Of a DNA stretch of 36,233 nucleotides, positions 26,579 to 34,935 are shown piece by piece. Source of the DNA: Dysosmobacter segnis (lineage in GTDB: Bacteria; Bacillota; Clostridia; Lachnospirales; Lachnospiraceae). Under the pieces are notes generated by a model, which was given only the letters and a program-made list of their open reading frames with translations, searched no databases and had not been told where the DNA came from. The number at the start of each line of letters is the position of its first letter. Within the stretch, counting starts at the first letter, position 1. The position numbers and the translations under genes are program-made. The stretch lies in the NCBI GenBank assembly GCA_963616545.1, contig CAVELT010000065.1, forward strand, positions 1 through 36,233. Direction: 5' to 3'.

Positions 26579-27976
26579 CTAGCTCAGACTGCTCTTCAGC
26601 CGGTCCCAGGTCATATCGGCAAAATTCTGACTGCTTTCCTCTTCTGCCTCGTTCTGCTGTGCGGAATCAAAATGCTTCGGAATCCATACCCGGGCATGGG
26701 TTCCCTTTCCGGGCACAGAGTCGATCTGCAGCTCACCCCCGCACATGGCCTTCAGCCGGTCTCCCACGCTCTCCATTCCCGTATGGGAACGCCCGTCGTC
26801 CTTCTTTACATTCTTGTCAAAGCCCACGCCGTCGTCATCCACCAGGATCTCCGTACCGTCCGGCAGCGCCCTTGTGGTAATGCTTACGGTTCCGCCGTCG
26901 ATTTTCTTTCCGACACCGTGGCGCACCGCATTTTCCACCAGCGGCTGAACGGACAGGGCCGGAAGAATGAAGTCTGTCGTCCCGATGTGATACTCGATCT
27001 CCAGATCCTCCTCGAAGCGCATCTTCTCCAGCGCCAGATAGTTCCGGATGTGCCGAAGCTCAAATTCAAAGGGCACCAGCTCATTCTGCCGGAGAGAATC
27101 CAGGTTTCCCCGCATGTAGTCGGAGAAGCGGGTGATGGCCTCCTGGGCCTCCTTCGGGTTCTTGTCGCAGAGATAGTAAATGGCGTTCAGACAGTTGTAC
27201 ATGAAATGGGGCTGAATCTGGGACAGCATGACCTGAATCCGCATATTGCTGAGCTCCTTCTGCTGCTGCAGGATCTGCCGCTCCTGACTGTACATGGCCA
27301 GGGCCTGCTCCACCAGTGTCTGAAGGTAAAGCAGCAGCACCGAGGTCGTAATGGCAATGTTCAGGAAGGAGATGCCGTAGCAAAAGTACTGGATCACCAT
27401 GGCCATGATCGGCAGAACCAGATAAAAGCAGAAAGCGCGGAGCTCGTTCTTATCAAACTTGTCCCGGTTGTCAAAAATGGCCCGGACATTCACCACAATG
27501 CCCAGGAGTCCCACCAGCTGGGTCAGCCAGTAGAGGCCGGCCCGATGATAGACGTTTTGCGCGTCAAAGTAGTAGCAGATGGGATAGAACTGCGTCAGCA
27601 CCAGCACCGTCAGGTAAACAATACCCGTAATCCGCATGACGCGGACATTCCACCGGGGCGGCCTGCCGCCTGTCTGCAGGATCCGCTCGTTCAGATATTT
27701 TGTAAAGGTATACATCAGCAGGTAGGTCAGGCTGAATACGCAGAAATTGCTGATGCGCACCACCCAGAAGCCCGCCCGGCTTTCATTTCCGCGGAAGAGC
27801 CAGGCGGCACAGTCCGCTGCCAGCAGCAGGGAATTGAAGAAGAGCAGGAACATAAACAGGCTGTTCTGCTTCCACTGCTTCCGGCTGCGGATCCAGGACA
27901 TGCTGACCGCTGCAATGAAGCAGAACACGCAGCCCCAGAGCTCCATAGCCACATGGGCATAGCCGATCATTGTCAT
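26579..27976 (-). CDS. LytS/YehU-type multi-TM sensor histidine kinase (no adjacent response regulator)
   Basis: About 7 hydrophobic segments; SQIQPHFMYNCLN H-box; QPLVENAVRHG; DDGVGF; PGKGT. Confidence 0.93.
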   Translation of the reverse strand: MTMIGYAHVAMELWGCVFCFIAAVSMSWIRSRKQWKQNSLFMFLLFFNSLLLAADCAAWLFRGNESRAGFWVVRISNFCVFSLTYLLMYTFTKYLNERILQTGGRPPRWNVRVMRITGIVYLTVLVLTQFYPICYYFDAQNVYHRAGLYWLTQLVGLLGIVVNVRAIFDNRDKFDKNELRAFCFYLVLPIMAMVIQYFCYGISFLNIAITTSVLLLYLQTLVEQALAMYSQERQILQQQKELSNMRIQVMLSQIQPHFMYNCLNAIYYLCDKNPKEAQEAITRFSDYMRGNLDSLRQNELVPFEFELRHIRNYLALEKMRFEEDLEIEYHIGTTDFILPALSVQPLVENAVRHGVGKKIDGGTVSITTRALPDGTEILVDDDGVGFDKNVKKDDGRSHTGMESVGDRLKAMCGGELQIDSVPGKGTHARVWIPKHFDSAQQNEAEEESSQNFADMTWDRLKSSLS

Positions 27977-27994
27977 CTCTATACTGCCTCCGGC

Positions 27995-28675
27995 TTATCT
28001 TGAATTTCGAATGTTGTAGATGCCCTTGCTGCTCTCTGCGGTGACCTTCACCCTGGCATCGCCGACATTTACACTCTGGAACAGGGTGAGGCCATAGCTG
28101 TTGGCTCCCTGCCAGTTGTCCACGATGGCGTCGCTCAGGAGCTCCGGACCGTGACTGATTTTGGCAATAAAGTACTGCATCACAGCATAGTCATAGTTCA
28201 GGATGCTGTTGCTGGTGCCGCTGCGGCTGCCCAGGCGGGTCATGAGATCCAGCTCATAGCCGTCGCCGAGAATGCTGAAGGACATGAGCTCCGTCTCCTT
28301 CTTGTTCTCGTCCAGAGAATAATAATGGACAGAACGGTTGTAGACGTGGAACACCCGCATGTTGGGGAAGTCCTTCTGAAGCTTCTCATTGATGCTGCTG
28401 AGCTCCGTCAGGAAGGACTCGGTATTCTGATACTGGCAGAACTGATCCGGCACGCCCACGGTGACACCCATGATGTCCAGGGTCCGCTTGGTCCAGACGC
28501 CGTTTCCGTCCACAAGGTAGCCGTCCGGTGTGACGCCGCCCTTCTGAACATTGCCGTTCTCATCATAATAAACGAAGCCGTTGGCGGCCTTCTCCCAACC
28601 CGCAAAGGCCGGCAGCGAGAAGCTCAGGGCCATGACCATCGCCGTCACGGCTGCCAGCATTTTCCTCTTTTTCAT
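27995..28675 (-). CDS. Secreted protein with an N-terminal cell-wall-binding repeat
   Basis: Signal peptide ending PAFA; GWEK...YYDENG...TPDGYLVDGNGVW; AGGAGG RBS before ATG 28675. Confidence 0.8.
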   Translation of the reverse strand: MKKRKMLAAVTAMVMALSFSLPAFAGWEKAANGFVYYDENGNVQKGGVTPDGYLVDGNGVWTKRTLDIMGVTVGVPDQFCQYQNTESFLTELSSINEKLQKDFPNMRVFHVYNRSVHYYSLDENKKETELMSFSILGDGYELDLMTRLGSRSGTSNSILNYDYAVMQYFIAKISHGPELLSDAIVDNWQGANSYGLTLFQSVNVGDARVKVTAESSKGIYNIRNSR

Positions 28676-28695
28676 CGATTCTCCTCCTAGAGCCA

Positions 28696-31600
28696 TCAGC
28701 TCTGTGTCTGCGCGGCCTCAACAATCCGCGTCAATGCCTCTTTCCAATATTTCTGCCACTGATCATTCCAGCTATTGCCGTATTCCTCGGAGAGCAGCTT
28801 CCGGGAATCATCCAGATCATGGAGATTCTTGATTGCCTCCAGCTTCGCCGCGCTGACGGCCTCCTTCTGCTTCGCCTCCAGCTCCGCAAGCTTCGTCTTC
28901 TCCTCATCGGAAAGCGCTGTGCCCTTGTTCTTCAGCGTACGCAGGCTCAGCTGCTCATCCGCACTCAGACGCAGCGTGCCGATCAGTGCTTCTGCCTCCT
29001 CCCAGGTGCTGCACTTGAGAAGCTGCAGCCGTATATCATCTGTATAGCTCAGGTTGCCCATGGAGGCGAAATACCTGAGACAGCGCTGCCGGATATAGTC
29101 CTCCAGGGAGTCTGCCGGATGCAGATCCTCCACCAGAGTGCTCATGTCAGCATTCCACTCGCTCTCCTGGATCTGCAGCTCGCTGCAGCGCAGATTCCGC
29201 AGCTTCTGCCGCCTCTGGGCCTCCTGATAGCTCTTGTCCGTGTCCGTCTTGATGGACACGCCGCTGTCGGACTGACTGCTGCTCTCTGTCTCCGCCTGGG
29301 CCGAACTGCTTTCTTTGCTCGTGCTGCTGTCCTTCGAGATCTTGATGCCGCTGTCCTGACTGTCCGCCGTATCTGCGCTGTCTGCCAGCTCCGGCCGGAG
29401 GGTGAGAATCAGATTTTCCACCGCACTCTGGTCATAGCAGCTCTCCAGCTGCGTCATGCTGTCCTCAGAAAGAGAGCCCTCCTTCAGACCCGACAGCCTG
29501 CAGAACAGGGAAACCGCCTCGCTCTTGCCGTTCTGTACCAGCTGCCGGTAGCGGATATACGCCCTTGCCTTGGTGGTATCTGCCCCGTAGCTCGTCAGCT
29601 GCCAGTAATTTGAAAGCCGCGTCAAAAAGGCACTGCTGTCCGTCAGCATGGACTGATACAGGCTCGTGTCCTTCTTCGCGAGACTCATCACCATATTGTA
29701 GCACATTTCCTTATCAAAAAGGGAGCGATGATACAGCTTCGCCCGATACAGATCTCCGGTGCTGTAGCTGTACTTGCTGCTGTCATAGCCGATAACAGAA
29801 ATCTGCCTGCCGTCGGCAGAGGCATAGACCGCATAGCAGGGCATGGACGACAGCTGTACCGAGGCAATGTCTTCGGCCTTGTCCGCATTGTCTGCCCGCA
29901 GAATATCCGTCAGCACGAGTCCTCCCGTGACGCCGGCCGACAGTACCCGGAGGCGTGCCGATGTGCTGTCGCTCCCCGGCAGGACGGCAATGCTGTTGGC
30001 GCTCATGCTGTCCTGCAGCTCACTCTTCAGATCCACGCCGATGGTGCCGCCGGTATCCGTGCTCTCGGCGCCCGTGCTGGTCAGACTCTCATCCAGGGTA
30101 TCGGAAACGTCAATGCTTTCCTCCTTGCTGCTGTCCTTTCCCTCCACATCATTCCGGCGGAAGTTGAAGCGCTGATTGCTGCTGCTGAATACGGCGTCCG
30201 GTGTTTTTCCCTTATCATTGATGTACGCCATGGCACTCTTATACTGCAGCACCCGCACCTCCTCGCCGGTGCACAGGAAGAGGTAGCTGCTGCCCTCATT
30301 GGCGTCATCCGCAGGCTGCAGGAACACTGCATTGCGAAGCGTACCCTTGACATCCACGTCCATATGCTTCTGGTCAACGTTGTTTTCCTGCAGGGTTCCG
30401 CTGGTTCTGGTGAGGGTTACCTTACCGGTATTGTCCCCTGTTGCCTGATACCAGTAGCGGAGATAGCCGTCTCCCATGGCCGGAATGATGCCGTCTGGTG
30501 TGTTCTCGCTGGTGAACCAGCTGGCGAAGCTCTTCTGCCGGATCCGCAGGTAATAGCCGGTGACAAAGTCTGCCGACTGCTCCTTCGTTTCATAGGTGTA
30601 CTCGATTTCGTCGCTGTCATTGCCGCCGCCGTTCTCGGACCGCTCTGCCGCAGCAGAATCCGTATCGCCGCTGCTGTCCTCACCGTCACCGGCATCGCTG
30701 ACCGGGGTCCGCACGGTATAGGTCCGCACCACCTTTTGTGTCACCGGTGTGATGTCCAGAAGAGATGAATCACTGGGGAAAAGGAAGGCCCGCTCCGCCT
30801 GATCCGAGGTTCTGTACTGAATGCGTCCCGCCAATGTCAGGTACTGTGGCGCGCCGTTCAGGATCTGCTTTGCCAAATCATTGTTCAAAAAGCGATAATT
30901 CTTAAGGTCGGCAGCACCGAAGCTCTGATAATTTGTCATCTTTGCCCCGACAGAAGCCAGCTCATAGTACTTTTGCTCCGTGGAATACATCAGCGACACG
31001 CTGAAGGAATTTTGTTCGCCGTTATAAGTATAGGTGCCGCCCTGATCCGGGTGTGCCTTCACAATATTCTCATAGGAATACTGTGAAAGAAGCCTCTCCT
31101 CGTCTGACGCATCTATAGGCACATCATTGTTCAGCTGGTTCCATTCCTGCAGCTGATCTGCCAGGGTCTCATTGCTGCTGAAAAAGCGGTTGTTGTCATT
31201 GTTTTCCGAATTGAAGCTGATGCCGAAGCAGCAGGTGATATAGCGGGCAGAATCGCTGTCGCTCTGCTTTTCTGCCAGCTCCTCCTCACTCATGTCCTTG
31301 GTGTTATCCACAGATTCCGCGCTCTGCTTGTCCGTCAGATAGAAGGACACATACTGGTCCAGACTGGAATCCGCCGTGGCCTCCAGAATGGAGATACCCG
31401 TATTCTCCGCCGTCCTGCCGCTGTTGGACATGGCCTGGTTGAAGGCCAGCACCAGCGCCGCGTTGATGTCTGTGGTGGCATCGAACACGCATTTTCTGCT
31501 GCTCTCATCGTAATGCCAGAAGTAGCCCATACCGCCGGCATAGAGATAATAACCGCTGCTGAGATACTCTCCGTTTTTCTGAACGATCTTATGCGCGAAG

Positions 31601-32214
31601 ATGTCCGTCAGACTGTCTTCTGTCTGGAGACGGCTGCTGCCGTCCTTCAGCGTCACCATGAGCCGGGTGGTGCCGTTGTCATCGGTCTCCTCCTCGGCCC
31701 GGACCTGATCGGTCCAGGATTTGATGACCTGATAATTTTTATCCTCTGTGTCATACATCATGATGACCGTGGCCAGCTTGGTGTCTCCCCGCAGCGCGGA
31801 TTCATTGTTTTGGCTCTGTACCGTCTTGGCCGTGCCGCTTGCCGGCATGCCGCCCCGACCTTCAGTATCCTCCAGTCCGTAGAGCACCTGATAGGCATAA
31901 ATGGTGATCCGGTCATTGATGAGATCCAGGAGCTTGAAGCTCAGCATGGCCTTACTGAGATCCGTGCCCGTGGGCAGGATATAAAAGGCCTCGGTGCCGC
32001 CGATCTCGTACTTCTCCGTCTCCGCCGTGCGGATGCTGTCGTTCATGGCGTCCTCGTCTGCCTCTGCGGCAGCCGTGGTGCTCTCTGCCGGTACGGTTGA
32101 CGATACGGCATCACCGCCCTTCATATTGGCCACAGAGCAGCCGGAAAGCGCAGACAGCGTGAGCAAAAGCGCCAGTGCCCATGCGGTAAGTCTTTTCATC
32201 TTGTGTTTTCTCAT
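28696..32214 (-). CDS. Large (about 1170 aa) acidic lipoprotein of unknown function
   Basis: MRKHKMKR...LSALSGC lipobox; AGGAG RBS before ATG 32214. Confidence 0.82.
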   Translation of the reverse strand: MRKHKMKRLTAWALALLLTLSALSGCSVANMKGGDAVSSTVPAESTTAAAEADEDAMNDSIRTAETEKYEIGGTEAFYILPTGTDLSKAMLSFKLLDLINDRITIYAYQVLYGLEDTEGRGGMPASGTAKTVQSQNNESALRGDTKLATVIMMYDTEDKNYQVIKSWTDQVRAEEETDDNGTTRLMVTLKDGSSRLQTEDSLTDIFAHKIVQKNGEYLSSGYYLYAGGMGYFWHYDESSRKCVFDATTDINAALVLAFNQAMSNSGRTAENTGISILEATADSSLDQYVSFYLTDKQSAESVDNTKDMSEEELAEKQSDSDSARYITCCFGISFNSENNDNNRFFSSNETLADQLQEWNQLNNDVPIDASDEERLLSQYSYENIVKAHPDQGGTYTYNGEQNSFSVSLMYSTEQKYYELASVGAKMTNYQSFGAADLKNYRFLNNDLAKQILNGAPQYLTLAGRIQYRTSDQAERAFLFPSDSSLLDITPVTQKVVRTYTVRTPVSDAGDGEDSSGDTDSAAAERSENGGGNDSDEIEYTYETKEQSADFVTGYYLRIRQKSFASWFTSENTPDGIIPAMGDGYLRYWYQATGDNTGKVTLTRTSGTLQENNVDQKHMDVDVKGTLRNAVFLQPADDANEGSSYLFLCTGEEVRVLQYKSAMAYINDKGKTPDAVFSSSNQRFNFRRNDVEGKDSSKEESIDVSDTLDESLTSTGAESTDTGGTIGVDLKSELQDSMSANSIAVLPGSDSTSARLRVLSAGVTGGLVLTDILRADNADKAEDIASVQLSSMPCYAVYASADGRQISVIGYDSSKYSYSTGDLYRAKLYHRSLFDKEMCYNMVMSLAKKDTSLYQSMLTDSSAFLTRLSNYWQLTSYGADTTKARAYIRYRQLVQNGKSEAVSLFCRLSGLKEGSLSEDSMTQLESCYDQSAVENLILTLRPELADSADTADSQDSGIKISKDSSTSKESSSAQAETESSSQSDSGVSIKTDTDKSYQEAQRRQKLRNLRCSELQIQESEWNADMSTLVEDLHPADSLEDYIRQRCLRYFASMGNLSYTDDIRLQLLKCSTWEEAEALIGTLRLSADEQLSLRTLKNKGTALSDEEKTKLAELEAKQKEAVSAAKLEAIKNLHDLDDSRKLLSEEYGNSWNDQWQKYWKEALTRIVEAAQTQS

Positions 32215-32325
32215 GTCTGCTTTTTCTCCTGTTCTCTGTGAAGTTTCTGCAAAAGCTGTACAAATACAGGGCAGCTTCTCCCGTCCTGTCCTCATACAGC
32301 CGCCGCAGATCCGAGATGCAGCGAT

Positions 32326-32390
32326 GTGAATGGTTCAGCACCACATCGCGCATCGCTCTGCGATGCAGCGATGTGGTACTAAACAGTGAG
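32326..32390. repeat. Short palindromic element related to the pyrG-leader element
   Basis: The reverse complement of 32343-32387 matches 10882-10926 at 38/45 nt; the element is itself an imperfect palindrome. Confidence 0.75.
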
Positions 32391-32397
32391 CATCTTC

Positions 32398-32724
32398 TTA
32401 TGCCTTGGTGGTGGACTGGGTGGTCACCTGTACACCGTTGTACCAGGACTCGAAAGCCGGCATACCTACCTTCAGTGCTGCCAGGAGAACGAAGATCAGA
32501 ACGAAGCCGATCACCGCATTGGTCAGTGACTTCTTTGCCTTCTCTCTCTCCTGCGGCTCATCTGCCTTCGCCAGTCTGGCGCCGACAATGATGCAGTAGA
32601 TGGCACCGATGGCAGCCACCAGAGCCAGTGCCGGTGACAGCGCCATATTGATGAGGCTTGTGATCGGCGTTCCCATGGTCTGGAACGGGTTTGTCTCCAG
32701 CAGAGTAAACATCAAATTGTACAT
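32398..32724 (-). CDS. VirB2/TrbC-like pilin (two hydrophobic helices with a charged linker)
   Basis: 108 aa; ALALVAAIGAIYCIIVG-ARLAKADEPQEREKAKKSL-TNAVIGFVLIFVLLA; strong AAAGGAGG RBS; near the VirB4-like gene. Confidence 0.75.
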   Translation of the reverse strand: MYNLMFTLLETNPFQTMGTPITSLINMALSPALALVAAIGAIYCIIVGARLAKADEPQEREKAKKSLTNAVIGFVLIFVLLAALKVGMPAFESWYNGVQVTTQSTTKA

Positions 32725-32794
32725 AACTTCCTCCTTTCCGCACACTCAATGTGCTGATATAAAGGGCGGGCTGTTTCACAACAGTCCATCATAT

Positions 32795-33886
32795 TCATCT
32801 TATCTTCCCGACAAGCATCTTTTTTCCGACCATCACAATACTGAGGAAGGCCGCCAGCCCCAGGAAGAAAATGCCCTTCAGCAAGGACGGCAGACGGCTC
32901 CGGCCCTTCAGCAGCACCACATAGCTTCGGCTGTTTCCGGCAGCGTCCTCCGCCGTCAGGCGGTAGACGCCGGTGCCGCTCAGACTGCCCTGAATGTTCT
33001 GCTGCTGATCCTGGCTCAGATGATAGTTCTCGCCGTTATGCTGCACCTCCACGGTGCAGGGCTCCGCAGAAGAAACCGACAGCGGGGATTTGGCAATGCT
33101 GTTCTCTCCCAGTCCCGTGAAGCTGAGCCGCGGCGGCGTCTCGTCCAGTGTAAAACGGAGCTCGTAGGGAATGTCATTTTCCAGAGAACGGAACTCGAAG
33201 ACGTAGCTGCCGTCTCCCGGCAGGAAGTACCAGCTCCGCGGCTCCTCGCTGCGCTTTCCGTTTCGGCTGACAGCAGAGATCTGAAAGCCCTCCGGGGCCT
33301 GCACCAGCTCCAGGAGGTTGTTGACATTTTCACAGATTCGGAAATGCAGGGTAAACCTGTAGCTGTTCGTATTCTGCAGCTCCGTAGGGTTATCTGCATC
33401 ATAGCTGGCCTCGCCGGTTTCCAGCAGCTGCAGGGTATAGCTTCCCGGCTCTGTCAGCTCCTTGGAGAGCGCGTACTGATCCTCGCCGTCCTTCGTACAG
33501 CTCTGGAGCAGCATGTTCTCCGGCAGCACCAGCCGTACCGTCTGGGTGGTCACGGCAGTGTTGGGCACACTCACGGCGAAGCGGCTGCCGTCCGGCAGCG
33601 TATAGGTATACATGCCGGTGGCTTCATGATAGCCCAGGACCAGATCAGGATCCTCTATAATAGCAAATGCCGTATCCACATCACCGGTGCTGTAGAGATC
33701 ATCCATCTGATCCGTATAGGCGGCTGCCGCATCGTCACTCATGCCGTTGGGCAGCTGCTGCAGCTCCGCAGCCTCGCTTTCGCTGAGACTCTGGGTCTCA
33801 AGGGCACTGCTTTCCGCCGGCTCCGCCATGACTGCCTGACTGAAGCCGAGGCTCAACAGCAGACACAGCGGAAGGAAACGGCGCAT
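32795..33886 (-). CDS. Secreted protein with probable Ig-like domains and a C-terminal membrane anchor
   Basis: Signal peptide MRRFLP...AVMA; LDETPP and AEDAAGN motifs; C-terminal TM plus basic tail; TGATG coupling to the upstream ORF. Confidence 0.8.
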   Translation of the reverse strand: MRRFLPLCLLLSLGFSQAVMAEPAESSALETQSLSESEAAELQQLPNGMSDDAAAAYTDQMDDLYSTGDVDTAFAIIEDPDLVLGYHEATGMYTYTLPDGSRFAVSVPNTAVTTQTVRLVLPENMLLQSCTKDGEDQYALSKELTEPGSYTLQLLETGEASYDADNPTELQNTNSYRFTLHFRICENVNNLLELVQAPEGFQISAVSRNGKRSEEPRSWYFLPGDGSYVFEFRSLENDIPYELRFTLDETPPRLSFTGLGENSIAKSPLSVSSAEPCTVEVQHNGENYHLSQDQQQNIQGSLSGTGVYRLTAEDAAGNSRSYVVLLKGRSRLPSLLKGIFFLGLAAFLSIVMVGKKMLVGKIR

Positions 33887-34155
33887 CACAGCTCGCCCAG
33901 AGTACGCTCCTCGGAAAGCGTTCTCCCCTCCATGCGGCGGCGTTCGGCGCTGAGACGCCGCTGTGCGGCCAGCTTCTCCTCCAGCTGCCGGTAGGTGATG
34001 CGGACCCGGTGCGGATTGTTCTCCGGCGTATAACCCAGAGACTCTGCCTCCTGAGGCTGGTAGCCCCGCTGCTGTCGACGCATTTTTTCTGCCCGCAGGC
34101 TTTCCAGCTCTGCCCGCCATATTGTTCTGTTTTTTGCACTGTCAAAATATGCCAT
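33886..34155 (-). CDS. Small Arg/Glu-rich helical hypothetical protein (89 aa)
   Basis: GAGG RBS; fills the gap between neighbours; its stop overlaps the next start. Confidence 0.75.
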   Translation of the reverse strand: MAYFDSAKNRTIWRAELESLRAEKMRRQQRGYQPQEAESLGYTPENNPHRVRITYRQLEEKLAAQRRLSAERRRMEGRTLSEERTLGEL

Positions 34156-34167
34156 GGCTTTCCTCGA

Positions 34168-34920
34168 TTATTCCGCTGATGCTTCTGTTTCCGTTGACAA
34201 AGTGCTCATGACCTGATTGATGCCGCTGAGGAACTGGCTGTCTCCGTTTGCCACCACGGCCACGTACTGCTGGGGCGCCTGATCCGTCATGACCTGCGCC
34301 TGGAGGCTGCCGTTGGCGCTGCTGAGAAGATACTCAGCCTCGCCGCGGGTGCAGACATAGCCGTCCACACTGCCGCTAAGGAGAGAGCCGGAGATGTTTT
34401 CCACGGCGGTTTCTGCCATGCTGCCGTTGCTGATGCCGGCGGTCGCAAAGCTGTTCTTGTCATTCACCAGCTCCTGAGACACGGCCAGGGTCCGATCCTG
34501 GAAGGCAGCCTCACAGTCGGAGTAGTCCCCGCGCCTGGTCACCACAAAGATCCGGCTCTGGGCATAGGTATCTGTGGCCGACAGCTCCTTGGCATCAGAA
34601 TAGGCCGACAGGGTATCGTCGGTCAGTGCACCGATGGCGATATCCGCCTCCCCGCTCGTCAGCTTCGCGAAGGCGTCCTCCGGTGTGTCGGCAAAGATCA
34701 CATTGCCCTCAGCCCCCAGCAGGGAGCTGATGCTGTTCAGAATGCTTTCCTCATTATTTTCCAGGGTCTTCCACTTATGGTCCGCATTGCAGACCGCGAT
34801 GTTCATGACACCGGCGCTCTGAATCCGCTTGATGGTGGCCTGCTTTTTGCCGCCGCAGCCGCCCAGCAGCAGCGCCGAAAGCATTATCCCGCTCAGAAAA
34901 CAAATGGTTCTTCTTTTCAT
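34168..34920 (-). CDS. Substrate-binding-protein-like lipoprotein (family 3/PBP2 fold) with no transporter partner in the window
   Basis: LLGGC lipobox; IKRIQSAGVMNIAV; LTSGEADIAIG; LLSGSVDGYV; FLSGINQVM. Confidence 0.75.
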   Translation of the reverse strand: MKRRTICFLSGIMLSALLLGGCGGKKQATIKRIQSAGVMNIAVCNADHKWKTLENNEESILNSISSLLGAEGNVIFADTPEDAFAKLTSGEADIAIGALTDDTLSAYSDAKELSATDTYAQSRIFVVTRRGDYSDCEAAFQDRTLAVSQELVNDKNSFATAGISNGSMAETAVENISGSLLSGSVDGYVCTRGEAEYLLSSANGSLQAQVMTDQAPQQYVAVVANGDSQFLSGINQVMSTLSTETEASAE

Positions 34921-34935
34921 TTTATCTCATCCCTC

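Noticed and set aside
140..33994. Long plus-strand ORFs (e.g. 140-1414, 3074-5344, 9080-10831, 13852-17091, 17241-19109, 32600-33994)
   Set aside because: They are antisense shadows of well-supported minus-strand genes in GC-rich, codon-biased DNA, with no recognisable motifs.
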